A stretch of DNA of 64,000 nt, from the NCBI GenBank assembly GCA_964599455.1, contig CAZREA010000001.1:269183-333182 (forward strand). The letters run 5' to 3'. Under the pieces are notes generated by a model, which did not search any database, was not told where the DNA came from, and worked only from the letters and a program-made list of their open reading frames with translations. A program made the translations under genes and the position numbers. The DNA is from an uncultured Gammaproteobacteria bacterium. GTDB taxonomy: Bacteria; Patescibacteriota; Patescibacteriia; UBA9934. The first letter of the stretch is position 1; every line of letters starts with the position of its first letter. Shown here piece by piece: positions 37,698 to 47,651 of this stretch.

Positions 37698-37808
37698 ACA
37701 GTTGATGAAGGTACAAACTCTATACTAAACGTTTTCACTTTACCAGGTAGCCCCCTAGATCTCCGAGAGCTTCCTTGTGCCGCTGAGAGCAGAGCGGAAT
37801 ATCTTTTT

Positions 37809-38888
37809 TCATTCTTTCAAAATCCCCATCGCGCCCTCAACAATGCGCTCTTCGGCATTCAAGGGGAAAATAGCACAAATATTTCGCGCCAATGCTTGTC
37901 GATCCTCCGGATGATGAAGTAATTTTTGTATTTCTTGCAGCAGAATTTGTGGGGTGATCTCACGAATAACATTGGCGGCACCAAGATTTTGCAACGCGGT
38001 TGCGTTCGCTTCTTGATCAGTGGCGACTCGAGGAACAAGAATGGCAGGTTTACCCAGCAGAGCAAGTTCGGCGATTGTACCCATACCGGCGCGGCAAACG
38101 ACAATGTCGGCAGCGGCAAAAGCATCAGCCATACCTTCTTGCAAAAATTCAAGCGCTACATACCCTCGCTCAGCCTCATGTAATTTTTGCAAATCCGGAA
38201 GCATTTTTCCTTGACCGGTTAAGTGGATAACATTCACCTTTTGTAATAACTCTTCGGCGATTATCGTCATGGCATGATTAATCGAAGTCGCACCCGTGCC
38301 GCCACCAATAACAAGCACCGTTGGCAAATGCGATCGCAAGCTGTAGCGCTGATACGCAGTTGAACGATTACCAAATGTTAACGCCAATCGCGCCATACCA
38401 CCAACAACCGTCGTTTTCTTTTTAGGAAATGCGTCTGCGCTCTGGCTCCACGCTACGCTAATATGCGTCGCAAACGGCGCCATGAGTTTATTTGCAAGAC
38501 CAGGCGCAACATCAAGTTGATGAATCCACACCGGAATACGTCGCATCCAGGCAGCGATCACAATCGGCAAAGATACATAAGCACCGGCAGACATTACCAA
38601 ACTTGGCTGTAATTCTTTAAGACGATTCCATGATTTAATAAAACTGATTAAAAAGAAAAACGGTACAAACGGCAATGTCCATTTTCTGCTGCGATCAAAT
38701 TTGGGAGCTGACAAAGAAAAAAAGGGGATTTTCGCGCCCTCGATCAGAGAGCGTTCAGGTCCATGCGGCGTACCTATCCATGAGAATCGAACATCTCCTT
38801 CATGCTTACGCCACTCGGCTGCGACCGCCAAAAGCGGCGTCACGGGGCCAAGCGTTCCTCCTCCGGTAAATAAAATATGATGCGCCAT
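37809..38888 (-). CDS. murG: Undecaprenyldiphospho-muramoylpentapeptide beta-N-acetylglucosaminyltransferase
   Basis: GT28 N- and C-terminal domains. ILFTGGGTLGPVTPLLAV. 359 aa. Confidence 0.85.
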   Translation of the reverse strand: MAHHILFTGGGTLGPVTPLLAVAAEWRKHEGDVRFSWIGTPHGPERSLIEGAKIPFFSLSAPKFDRSRKWTLPFVPFFFLISFIKSWNRLKELQPSLVMSAGAYVSLPIVIAAWMRRIPVWIHQLDVAPGLANKLMAPFATHISVAWSQSADAFPKKKTTVVGGMARLALTFGNRSTAYQRYSLRSHLPTVLVIGGGTGATSINHAMTIIAEELLQKVNVIHLTGQGKMLPDLQKLHEAERGYVALEFLQEGMADAFAAADIVVCRAGMGTIAELALLGKPAILVPRVATDQEANATALQNLGAANVIREITPQILLQEIQKLLHHPEDRQALARNICAIFPLNAEERIVEGAMGILKE

Positions 38889-39386
38889 AGATACGCATCA
38901 TATTTTAACACTCTTTTCTTCCACAATCTTTCTTCCGATATACATCAGAAAAACGATGATGGAGGGAAGGCGGTATGACACACGCCTTCCCTCACGTTGA
39001 GTGTCTCTTGCATCTTGCGCATAACTGGTTCATCCCCACAACCCTTCGTGAGGCAGTTTTCGCAAGATCAAGATTACTCTCCCGTTATCCCCAGGGATGG
39101 GATGCGGTATTGCAACAAGTGGCGTTGTTGCCGCTCTCGTCCGCATAAAGCGCCACACACGGAGCCACGTCATGTTTCAATGGGCTTTGAAACATCCAGG
39201 AGAACTCCGTGTTCCAAGGTCTCCCCTGTTTTCCCGCCTGCACCACCAGGCAGGTGAAGAGGCATATGCCCATCGGCACGCGTGGCGCCTTACAGCACCA
39301 CCCACAGGCGCCGGTCTCTTCGGAAAACTATTTACATTCCTCTGCGAGACCAAGAAGCCTATCATCTTCTTTAACTATTGTACAGC

Positions 39387-41030
39387 CTATGCTCTTTTCT
39401 TCTTCCCTTTCTGTATTTTCGCTGCCTTAAGAAAGGCGACAAACAGTGGATGTGGAGAAAGGGGGCGAGATTGAAACTCAGGATGGAATTGTACACCAAT
39501 AAAAAACGGATGATCCTTCACTTCAATCATTTCAACAAGTCGACTATCAGGAGAGGTACCGGCGATAACAAGTCCAGATTCGATTAATTGCTCACGAAAA
39601 TCATTATTCACTTCATACCGATGACGATGACGCTCAGTGATCTCGTCTTGAACATAAGCCTTGCGCGAAATCGTACCCTTTGCAAGCACACAGGGATATG
39701 ATCCGAGTCGTAATGTGCCGCCGATTCCCTTCCCTTTTAATTTTTCGTCCTGATCGTTCATGAGATGAATGACGGGATGGGTAGTTTTTGCATTGATTTC
39801 AGTTGTATTGGCGTCTTTCCACTTGAGCTCAGTGCGAGCAAATTCAATCACCGCACATTGCATGCCGTAGCAAAGACCGAAATACGGAATCTTATTTTTG
39901 CGCACATAATTGATGGCCGCAATCTTGCCTTCAATGCCGCGAGAACCAAATCCACCGGGAATCAACACACCATGATACCGCGAGAGTTCCGTAAGCTTCT
40001 TTGGATCTTTTTCAAATTCTTCGGCATTCAACCATTCAATAACCGGCTTTTGCCCCGTGGCCCAAGCTGCATGTTTAATCGCTTCAAGAACAGAGAGATA
40101 GACATCCGATAAAATAAAATCTCCTGTTGAAAAATATTTTCCAATAACACCAATACGTACCTCATCTTTTACCGTAGCGATGCGATCAACGAGTTTTCTC
40201 CAATTCTCTAAATTACGTTTCTTTGTGCGCAAACGAAATGTTTTCAACATCGATTCTGCAAAACCTTGTTCTTCAAACAACAGCGGAACTTCGTAAATGG
40301 ATTTGGCATTTGAAGCGGTGATGACATGCTTTTCCGGAACCCCACAAAAACGACTGAGTTTTTCTCGACGCGGTGCATCGAGTGCATATTCCGATCGACA
40401 CACAAGAAAATCGGGATTGATGCCGATACGATTTACTTCACGCACCGCATGTTGCGTAGGTTTTGTCTTCATTTCCCCTAGTGAGGGCGGAACGGGAAGA
40501 TAACTCACCAGCACCGTACGCACGGAATCAGGATCGCGCAATTTCATCATGCGCACCGCTTCCAAAAAAAGAATATTCTCGTACTCTCCCACCGTTCCAC
40601 CAATCTCGATCAAAACAATGTCAGCCTTTGATTGCTTCGCTACACGTTCAATGCGCTCAATCACTTCTTCGGGAACACGCGGCACTACCTCGACACACTT
40701 TCCTTCATATCCACCTCGTCGTTCACGTTCAATAACCGATTGATACACGCGGCCTGTAGTCATGTAATTGCTACGCGTAATATCTTCATCAAGAAAACGT
40801 TCGTAATTGCCAATGTCTTGATCGGTTTCATCACCATCAACCGTTACAAACACTTCACCATGTTCAATGGGATTCATCGTCCCCGCATCAACGTTCACGT
40901 ACGGATCAATTTTAATGGCGGTCACTTTATAGCCACGTGATTTCAGTGTCAGTCCAAGCGCCGCCGTGGTTGTACCCTTTCCCACGCCACTCATGACGCC
41001 ACCGATAACGAAAATATAATGAGATTTCAT
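39387..41030 (-). CDS. pyrG: CTP synthase
   Basis: IFVIGGVMSGVGKGTTTAALG synthetase domain plus a GATase C-terminal domain (GLCYGMQ). 547 aa. Confidence 0.95.
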   Translation of the reverse strand: MKSHYIFVIGGVMSGVGKGTTTAALGLTLKSRGYKVTAIKIDPYVNVDAGTMNPIEHGEVFVTVDGDETDQDIGNYERFLDEDITRSNYMTTGRVYQSVIERERRGGYEGKCVEVVPRVPEEVIERIERVAKQSKADIVLIEIGGTVGEYENILFLEAVRMMKLRDPDSVRTVLVSYLPVPPSLGEMKTKPTQHAVREVNRIGINPDFLVCRSEYALDAPRREKLSRFCGVPEKHVITASNAKSIYEVPLLFEEQGFAESMLKTFRLRTKKRNLENWRKLVDRIATVKDEVRIGVIGKYFSTGDFILSDVYLSVLEAIKHAAWATGQKPVIEWLNAEEFEKDPKKLTELSRYHGVLIPGGFGSRGIEGKIAAINYVRKNKIPYFGLCYGMQCAVIEFARTELKWKDANTTEINAKTTHPVIHLMNDQDEKLKGKGIGGTLRLGSYPCVLAKGTISRKAYVQDEITERHRHRYEVNNDFREQLIESGLVIAGTSPDSRLVEMIEVKDHPFFIGVQFHPEFQSRPLSPHPLFVAFLKAAKIQKGKKKRA

Positions 41031-41095
41031 AGTTTTCAGAGAAGGCCAGTTGGGCCAGAAGGCCGGATGTAAAATCTTTTTCTCTGAATGCTGGC

Positions 41096-42250
41096 CTATT
41101 GGCTCTTCTGGCCGACTTTATTGTACTTCGACACATTCAACACAATTCCCACCGCTGTGAGTGCAACCGCAAGTGCCGTTCCGCCATAACTCACAAACGG
41201 CAACGGCACACCGGTAATCGGCAAGAGTCGCACCATGGCGCCCATGTTAACAACTGCCTGAATTCCCAGCCAGGCCATAATCCCCACCACTAAATATTTC
41301 CCAAATGTATCGGGCGATTGCTCAGCAATATGCAATCCTCGAAAAAGAAAAGCGATATATAGCATAAGAAATGCCGAGGTCAACAAAAATCCTAATTCTT
41401 CACCAATCACCGCAAAAATACTATCCCCTGCAACTTCGGGAAGATACTGAAATTTCTGCAAACTATGCCCATAGCCGCGTCCAAAAAATCCTCCCGAACC
41501 AATAGCCAGAAGTGCTTGCGTAATTTGATAGCCCGAACCCTGCGGATCATGCTCGGGATGCAAAAATGCCTCTAAACGATCGGCACGATAATTCTTTTCC
41601 TCATTTTCCGCAGTTGTGCCGGTAGAAAGCGTGAGCAACCACAACAAGGCAATACCTCCAAAACCCAGCATGACAAAATACTTCAGCGGTGCACCAGCCA
41701 CAAAATACACGGCCAGTGCCATCAGCACGATAATACCCATAGTTCCCGTATCAGGTTGCAACAACAACAATCCCATCACTGCTCCTAGCACCACCAAAAA
41801 CGGCAACAAACCCTTGGCAATATCTTTCACATTTTTCGCCAAGGTTCCCTCCATCCACGCCGCGACATACATTAAGAACGTAAGCTTTACAATTTCTGAC
41901 GGCTGTAAAGAGAAGGCGCCCAGCGAAATCCAACTGTGCGAACCTTTAATTTTGAGACCAATCCCCGGAACGAAAACGAGAATCAATAATAAAATAGTGA
42001 GAAGAAGCATCGGTATGGCGAAGCGACGATAGGCGGTATACGGCAGCTGATAGGCAACGACAAAACCTACGATGCCAGGCAGTAATCCGAAGAGAAGTTG
42101 ATGTTTAAAAAAGTAATACCCGTCATGAAATTTATCAAAACCCACGGGCCATGATGCCGAGGTTAACATGAGTAAACCAAAAATAACGAGCATGCCCAGC
42201 AAAAGTGCAAAAATAGGATCTGCCGCAAACTTCCTTTGGCGGACATCCAT
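41096..42250 (-). CDS. ftsW: SEDS-family peptidoglycan polymerase FtsW/RodA
   Basis: 384 aa, 10 TM, SEDS motifs. Confidence 0.8.
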   Translation of the reverse strand: MDVRQRKFAADPIFALLLGMLVIFGLLMLTSASWPVGFDKFHDGYYFFKHQLLFGLLPGIVGFVVAYQLPYTAYRRFAIPMLLLTILLLILVFVPGIGLKIKGSHSWISLGAFSLQPSEIVKLTFLMYVAAWMEGTLAKNVKDIAKGLLPFLVVLGAVMGLLLLQPDTGTMGIIVLMALAVYFVAGAPLKYFVMLGFGGIALLWLLTLSTGTTAENEEKNYRADRLEAFLHPEHDPQGSGYQITQALLAIGSGGFFGRGYGHSLQKFQYLPEVAGDSIFAVIGEELGFLLTSAFLMLYIAFLFRGLHIAEQSPDTFGKYLVVGIMAWLGIQAVVNMGAMVRLLPITGVPLPFVSYGGTALAVALTAVGIVLNVSKYNKVGQKSQ

Positions 42251-42253
42251 ATG

Positions 42254-43309
42254 TTAAGAAAGAAGTCCTTTGTCAAGAAGTGCGACCACAATACCAATAC
42301 CTGCGCCCATCCACGATATCACCCAAAAACGCATGACTACTTTTGGTTCGGGCCAACCCTTGGCTTCAAAGTGATGATGAATAGGCGCAATGAGAAAAAC
42401 TTTTTTACCAAACAATCTTTTCGATGCTAATTGTATCGTCGTGGTCACGGCTTCAGCAACAAAGACGATGCCAATAATCGGCAACAAGAGCGCCGCATTG
42501 GTGAGCATAGCAACGATTCCCAACGTCACACCCAAACTCATGGCTCCGGTATCGCCCATAATGAAACGAGCTGGATAAATGTTAAACCACAAAAAGGCGA
42601 GCAGTGTTCCCACGATCACTGCACAAAACGTTGCCAAATCAACTTTGCCCTGCAACAACGCAATGACTGCATACGCCGCAAATGCCGAGGCCATGGTTCC
42701 TCCTGCCAAACCATCAAGTCCATCGGTTTGATTAACGGAAAATGATGTCGCCACGATGATGGCCACAAAAAAAGGAATGTACAGCCAGCCAATACCCACA
42801 TCACCATAAAAAGGAACATGCAGCGAATTCCAACCCAGCTTAAAGTAAAACCACCAGGCACCGATCAAGGCCACGATGGTGTAAAGAATCAACCGGTGCG
42901 AGATACGAATACCGCCACCTTTAGGTCCAATCTTCAATACATTAAAAATATCATCAGCAACACCAATGAGCCCTGCGGCCACCAAAGCACCAAGCGGCAA
43001 CCATGTTTGCGAACGCGAAAAGAAATTCAAATACGACAGCACATGATCAGGAAACACCCAGGCATATCCAGCAAAAAAGAGTGCGAGCACGCCGGTCGTT
43101 ACCCACATGAGCAATCCACCCATCGTTGGCACACCCGCTTTCTTCTTATGAAGTTCAGCAAAAAGCGGCGCCGTTACTGCACTGCGAATACTCTTCCCCA
43201 TTTTATATTTATACAAAAGATGGGTAAGGAGTGGTGTCCAAGCCATGGCAACAACAAATCCTAGTGTTGATAAAATTAACAATTTAGAAAGAGAAAAGAC
43301 ATCAACCAT
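42254..43309 (-). CDS. mraY: Phospho-N-acetylmuramoyl-pentapeptide transferase
   Basis: DGLDGLAGG and other MraY motifs. 351 aa. Confidence 0.9.
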   Translation of the reverse strand: MVDVFSLSKLLILSTLGFVVAMAWTPLLTHLLYKYKMGKSIRSAVTAPLFAELHKKKAGVPTMGGLLMWVTTGVLALFFAGYAWVFPDHVLSYLNFFSRSQTWLPLGALVAAGLIGVADDIFNVLKIGPKGGGIRISHRLILYTIVALIGAWWFYFKLGWNSLHVPFYGDVGIGWLYIPFFVAIIVATSFSVNQTDGLDGLAGGTMASAFAAYAVIALLQGKVDLATFCAVIVGTLLAFLWFNIYPARFIMGDTGAMSLGVTLGIVAMLTNAALLLPIIGIVFVAEAVTTTIQLASKRLFGKKVFLIAPIHHHFEAKGWPEPKVVMRFWVISWMGAGIGIVVALLDKGLLS

Positions 43310-43694
43310 AGGCGATATTTACGAGCACGACGCTGGCACAGGCCAGGAAAAGGAGCGGCGCAATAGCCGCGGTTGTTACCCACAACGTTATCGCCAGTGC
43401 CGGAGCACGTCGGCGAATACCTTGTGCAACCAGCCCATTGAGAATAGCCCAGACTAGACCACATGCAGGAATAAGAAAAACCTGCCACCAAGGGCCAGTC
43501 ATATCAATACCCACATGCACATTGTAATGCAACGGGACCGATTCCTGACCATACACCAACGGCACTACTCGCCAAACCAGTAAACCAATACCCAACAACC
43601 AAAAGAAGAGAAAGATACCAGTCGAAATCGAAGCAACCCGGGAAAGTAAATCGGTATCTTTAAACGGCAGAAAAGGAAGGCGTTTTTTAGACAT
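43302..43694 (-). CDS. Small integral membrane protein, unknown function
   Basis: 130 aa, 3-4 TM helices, overlaps the mraY start by 8 nt. Confidence 0.35.
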   Translation of the reverse strand: MSKKRLPFLPFKDTDLLSRVASISTGIFLFFWLLGIGLLVWRVVPLVYGQESVPLHYNVHVGIDMTGPWWQVFLIPACGLVWAILNGLVAQGIRRRAPALAITLWVTTAAIAPLLFLACASVVLVNIAYG

Positions 43695-43706
43695 GCGTTT
43701 TTCCTA

Positions 43707-43931
43707 TTATACTGCACGAACCACTCGTACCCCCGGCACCGCTCGTACCAAGGCCGTTTCGATCCCTTCTTTTAAAGTAACAGAGGCCATGGAGCATCCT
43801 TGGCAGGTTCCCGTAAGATGCACCTGCACTTCGCCCGTCTGTTCATCGCAAGCTACCAGCTCAACCCCACCCGCATGAAATTGCAAGGCTTTTTCGATCT
43901 CTTTTAATGCCTCTCTCACCTCATTTTCCAT
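43707..43931 (-). CDS. NifU-like (Nfu-type) Fe-S cluster scaffold domain protein
   Basis: GGVELVACDEQTGEVQVHLTGTCQGCSMASVTLKEGIETAL. Start MENEV at 43931; the longest ORF runs to 43979. Confidence 0.55.
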   Translation of the reverse strand: MENEVREALKEIEKALQFHAGGVELVACDEQTGEVQVHLTGTCQGCSMASVTLKEGIETALVRAVPGVRVVRAV

Positions 43932-44117
43932 ACGGTGGACAGTATAGCCGAATCTATTTGACTTTTGGAAGGATTCCACGTACTCTTATCGCCGTCTAAA
44001 CACGAGAAAGCTCTTCTTTACTTTCGCAGAAAAACGTGAGCCGCGGAAATGTGAATTCGTTTTTCAAGAAAAAAGAAGAGCTTTCGAAGTGTTATTGAGA
44101 AGATAAATAAGTAATGT

Positions 44118-44390
44118 ATGGCACACAAGCTAGCCCAAGGCTCTACACGTAATGGTCGCGATTCCAAGGCCAAGTACCTCGGCACCAAACGCGCCGATGG
44201 TCAAACTATTCAAATCGGCCAAATTATCGTCCGTCAACGCGGCACGCGTATTCATGCCGGTAAAAATGTTGGTATCGGCTCTGACTACACCCTGTTCGCC
44301 CTGAAAGATGGCGTAGTCAAATTCAACAAACGCAAAGCGCCAAACTTTGTCGGCGCACTCAAGTTGCGCACTTACGTATCGATTGTTTAA
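44118..44390 (+). CDS. rpmA: 50S ribosomal protein L27
   Basis: [16 protein letters not shown]...[20 protein letters not shown] is the L27 signature. Confidence 0.85.
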   Translation: MAHKLAQGSTRNGRDSKAKYLGTKRADGQTIQIGQIIVRQRGTRIHAGKNVGIGSDYTLFALKDGVVKFNKRKAPNFVGALKLRTYVSIV

Positions 44391-44395
44391 CAGAT

Positions 44396-44433
44396 ACAAA
44401 AACTCCTCGACGCGTCGAGGAGTTTTTGTTTTA
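44396..44433. terminator. Bidirectional rho-independent terminator between rpmA and rplI
   Basis: caaaa-actcctcgacgcgtcgaggagt-ttttgtttt. Confidence 0.65.
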
Positions 44434-44434
44434 T

Positions 44435-44854
44435 CTACAGAGCCTCAGCAATAACCGTAAGTGTTGCTTCGTAACCAGTAGAAAATTCAATAATGATCTC
44501 GTGATTACCCGGTTCAGTAATAGGCGACATGACAATAAGATCTTCGTCCACTTTATATCCCATCTCTTTTAAAGATGAACGGACATCTTTTGGATTTAAT
44601 GATTTGGTAAATTTCCCTTTTTCCGTTTTACCAGCAACGATAACTTCTAATCCATCGAGGTCTGCGGCAAGCTTCTGTTCTTCGCTTTCCTGTTTTTTAT
44701 TTTTTTGGGGTGCTTCCTTTTCTTGCTGTTCAGGCAAGGCCACAAAAGCAAGGTGTTGGGGAAATAAAAAATTTACCGCGTAGCCTTCGGGGACTTCCAC
44801 CGTCGAGCCCGCCGAGCCAAGGGATTTAATGTCTTGTGTAAGGGTAACCCGCAT
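44435..44854 (-). CDS. rplI: 50S ribosomal protein L9
   Basis: MRVTLTQDIKSLGSAGSTVEVPEGYAVNFLFPQ matches the L9 N-terminal domain. 139 aa. Confidence 0.85.
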   Translation of the reverse strand: MRVTLTQDIKSLGSAGSTVEVPEGYAVNFLFPQHLAFVALPEQQEKEAPQKNKKQESEEQKLAADLDGLEVIVAGKTEKGKFTKSLNPKDVRSSLKEMGYKVDEDLIVMSPITEPGNHEIIIEFSTGYEATLTVIAEAL

Positions 44855-45366
44855 AAGCGCAAAGCTTTTTTAATTATACCAACCATATCCCGATAACTCG
44901 ATCGTTTGAGCAATTCGTCTGCGGATATCCAGGCAACGCCGTGAATAGTCTCCCCTTGTTCTTGTGGCTGCGGTGGACGAAGCGTGGCCTCGGGCGGAGC
45001 TTCGAAGAGGAAGTAATGGATGTATTTATGAATAAGTTGGCCCTTGTGTACAAAACGATCACGGAACCAAATATCGATATGATCGAGCTTAGCTACATAG
45101 CGCAAATGACTAAGCCCCATTTCTTCATGAATTTCACGAATAGCGGTTTGTCGATATCGCTCTCCAACACGAACGTGGCCTTTGGGAAAGGCCCACTTTC
45201 CATACGAATCAATAACCATGGCAAAGAAAAAACCCTCACGCGTACGCTTAAAAACCAAGCCTCCGGCAGAGACCTCAATGCGATGACGCTCTTTTTCACC
45301 TTCACTTCTGCGTGAGGAAATTGAGCGCCGCGGAGAATTGGGGATCATTTTTTGCATGAATGTCAT
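44773..45366 (-). CDS. NUDIX hydrolase (canonical)
   Basis: FPKGHVRVGERYRQTAIREIHEEMGL Nudix box. The 3' end overlaps the rplI start by ~80 nt. Confidence 0.65.
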   Translation of the reverse strand: MTFMQKMIPNSPRRSISSRRSEGEKERHRIEVSAGGLVFKRTREGFFFAMVIDSYGKWAFPKGHVRVGERYRQTAIREIHEEMGLSHLRYVAKLDHIDIWFRDRFVHKGQLIHKYIHYFLFEAPPEATLRPPQPQEQGETIHGVAWISADELLKRSSYRDMVGIIKKALRLCGLPLHKTLNPLARRARRWKSPKATR

Positions 45367-46561
45367 CTAAAGTCAAAGTGACTTCTTGGTCAGGGGTGAT
45401 GCCTGCTTTATCGATAGAGCGACCGTTTGGTGTTAACCAACGGGCCACGGTAATTTTGATAGCACTTCCATCGGCAAGATCTTCATATTCCTGCACACTT
45501 CCCTTGCCAAATGTTTGTTCACCGATAATGATTGCCTTTTGATAATCCTGCAATGCACCGGCAAGAATCTCTGACGCCGAAGCACTACCACCATTCACCA
45601 ACACTACCGTGGAAATGTTTGCAAATCGGCTATCGCCCATGGCATCGAGCGCCGAGCGTTCACCCCGTACTTCCTCCAAAACTGCCGATGATGTACCAAT
45701 CCAATACCCCGCCAAATCAAGCGCACCATCAAGATAGCCGCCAGGATTATTGCGCAAATCAAGGACAATCCCTTTTACTTGCGCTTTTTCCAGTTCATCA
45801 GCAGCTTGCGCAAACAACGCGAAGGTATCTTCATTAAACATGCTCACCGTCACAACACCGATGCCATCATCACGAACCGTCCATTTTACGCTATCAACAT
45901 GAATTTCCCGTCGAGTGATCGAGACATCACGAGGCTCTTGCATGCCGTCAGAAAGAATCGAAAGCACAACGGTCGTTCCCTCCTCTCCTCGGATACGCGA
46001 CACGGCCTCATTTACCGTCATACCCGTAGTCACAATCCCATCAATAGCCAAAATACGATCACCAGCAACCAAACCCGCGGTACTCGCTGGCGTTTCTGGC
46101 AACGGCGCAATAACGGCAATTTCACCATCGGCATTCAAGCCAATCTCCGCACCAATCCCAAAAAATGAACCGGACAATTCTTGTTGAAAAGATTCAGCCA
46201 TTTCGGGAGTGAAGTAGGTTGAATAGGGATCTTCCAAACCATAGACTAAGCCTTGCAATGCGCCGTAAAAAAGATCTTGATCGGAGATAGGCTGATCAAC
46301 ATATTTTTCCCGTAGCAAAGCCCATACCTGCCAAAAAAGCGAAAAATCTACTTCGTCGGCAATACTCGAAGGGATAACCCGAACATGACCCAAAAGCGAG
46401 TCATTTCCCGCAGCCTCGAGAAGACCCGGCCCCCGTCCATACCCGTAGCCAATAACAAAAAAGAGCACCGCACCACCGCAACCCAACAAAACACGTACCG
46501 GCGTGGTTAAGACCCCGCCTTGCCCCAAAGACTTCAACGACATATAGAAAAAGTGTACCAT
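45302..46561 (-). CDS. Carboxyl-terminal processing protease (S41, CtpA-like) with PDZ domain
   Basis: GIVLDLRNNPGGYLDGALDLAGYWIG S41 active-site region. N-terminal TM. Confidence 0.85.
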   Translation of the reverse strand: MVHFFYMSLKSLGQGGVLTTPVRVLLGCGGAVLFFVIGYGYGRGPGLLEAAGNDSLLGHVRVIPSSIADEVDFSLFWQVWALLREKYVDQPISDQDLFYGALQGLVYGLEDPYSTYFTPEMAESFQQELSGSFFGIGAEIGLNADGEIAVIAPLPETPASTAGLVAGDRILAIDGIVTTGMTVNEAVSRIRGEEGTTVVLSILSDGMQEPRDVSITRREIHVDSVKWTVRDDGIGVVTVSMFNEDTFALFAQAADELEKAQVKGIVLDLRNNPGGYLDGALDLAGYWIGTSSAVLEEVRGERSALDAMGDSRFANISTVVLVNGGSASASEILAGALQDYQKAIIIGEQTFGKGSVQEYEDLADGSAIKITVARWLTPNGRSIDKAGITPDQEVTLTLDDIHAKNDPQFSAALNFLTQK

Positions 46562-46591
46562 AGTAGAAGCTCCTCTTCCACTCTTTTTCTT

Positions 46592-47566
46592 ATGTCATCT
46601 CCTGTTCGAAAAATCCTCTTTTTTGTTTTTTGTCTCATCTTTTTTATCTCTGCACCCCTTATCGTGCTTTATACTGCGGGATACCGCATCAACCTTACCA
46701 ATCGAGTCGTGAGCCAAACCGCCGCCCTTGCGCTTGCAAGCACTCCCAAAGGAGCCATGATCTCTATCAATGGCACACGTACAAAAGAAAAAACTCCAAC
46801 GGTGTTCCAGCGTCTTTCTTCCGGAACAATCACCGTTCGTTTCGAAAAAGAAGGATATCACTCTTGGGAGCGAACCATTTTTCTTGAAAGCGGAAAAACA
46901 AGCTATATCACCGCTCCTCTTTTTCTCGATACGAACGCGACGCCTCTTCTCGCGGGAAGTCGCGCCTTCAACCTTGCGCAAGCTGCACGTACAGATAGTG
47001 AAATATCCGCAACAGATATTTTTCTTGTGGATAACGGAAAAAATGTCGAGATATCTGTAGTGACGATTGTGGGCACAACACTCATCGGTCTTTTGCCGCA
47101 AGAGACGTATACGATTATCGCCAGAACTGCTACCGATATCGTACTTCTTGATCAGTCACAAAAACCGTACATGCTTTCCCTCACTGCCAATAGCGAACCC
47201 GTCGCTTTATCGATGACCGCAGTCGCATGGGCGTGGCTTGAGGAAGATCGCTTATTTGTCTGGTCTGACGGTAATGAAATTCGGCTATATAATGCCACCA
47301 CTCGGGAAACAAATTTTATTACCCGCCAAGGCGATACCATCACCCATCTTGCGTTTGCGCAAGATGGGTATGGCATTCTTGCCGCTACCGCACATACTGT
47401 CGTAGCCTGGGATCGCTACGTGTATGAAAACGGACGTTTTTCTACAACCATTATCGATAACCACACCATCGATGATTTTTGGTGTAATGAGACAGGTGAT
47501 CGTTGCTATTTTGCTACGAAGCAAGAAGGAGGTGAGGAGATTTGGGAGTACGAATTAGTAAAGTAA
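46592..47566 (+). CDS. Membrane-anchored PEGA-domain protein
   Basis: TM anchor, then PKGAMISINGTRTKEKTPTVF...GTITVRFEKEGYHSWERTI (PEGA domain). The longest ORF starts at 46520. Confidence 0.55.
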   Translation: MSSPVRKILFFVFCLIFFISAPLIVLYTAGYRINLTNRVVSQTAALALASTPKGAMISINGTRTKEKTPTVFQRLSSGTITVRFEKEGYHSWERTIFLESGKTSYITAPLFLDTNATPLLAGSRAFNLAQAARTDSEISATDIFLVDNGKNVEISVVTIVGTTLIGLLPQETYTIIARTATDIVLLDQSQKPYMLSLTANSEPVALSMTAVAWAWLEEDRLFVWSDGNEIRLYNATTRETNFITRQGDTITHLAFAQDGYGILAATAHTVVAWDRYVYENGRFSTTIIDNHTIDDFWCNETGDRCYFATKQEGGEEIWEYELVK

Positions 47567-47651
47567 CAGCGAGCTTTTCTTCATTGACAGCAAGTGACTT
47601 TTCCGCTACAGTCAGCGGTCTTCTCTTACAAAAACAAGGAGGGAGAGAGAC

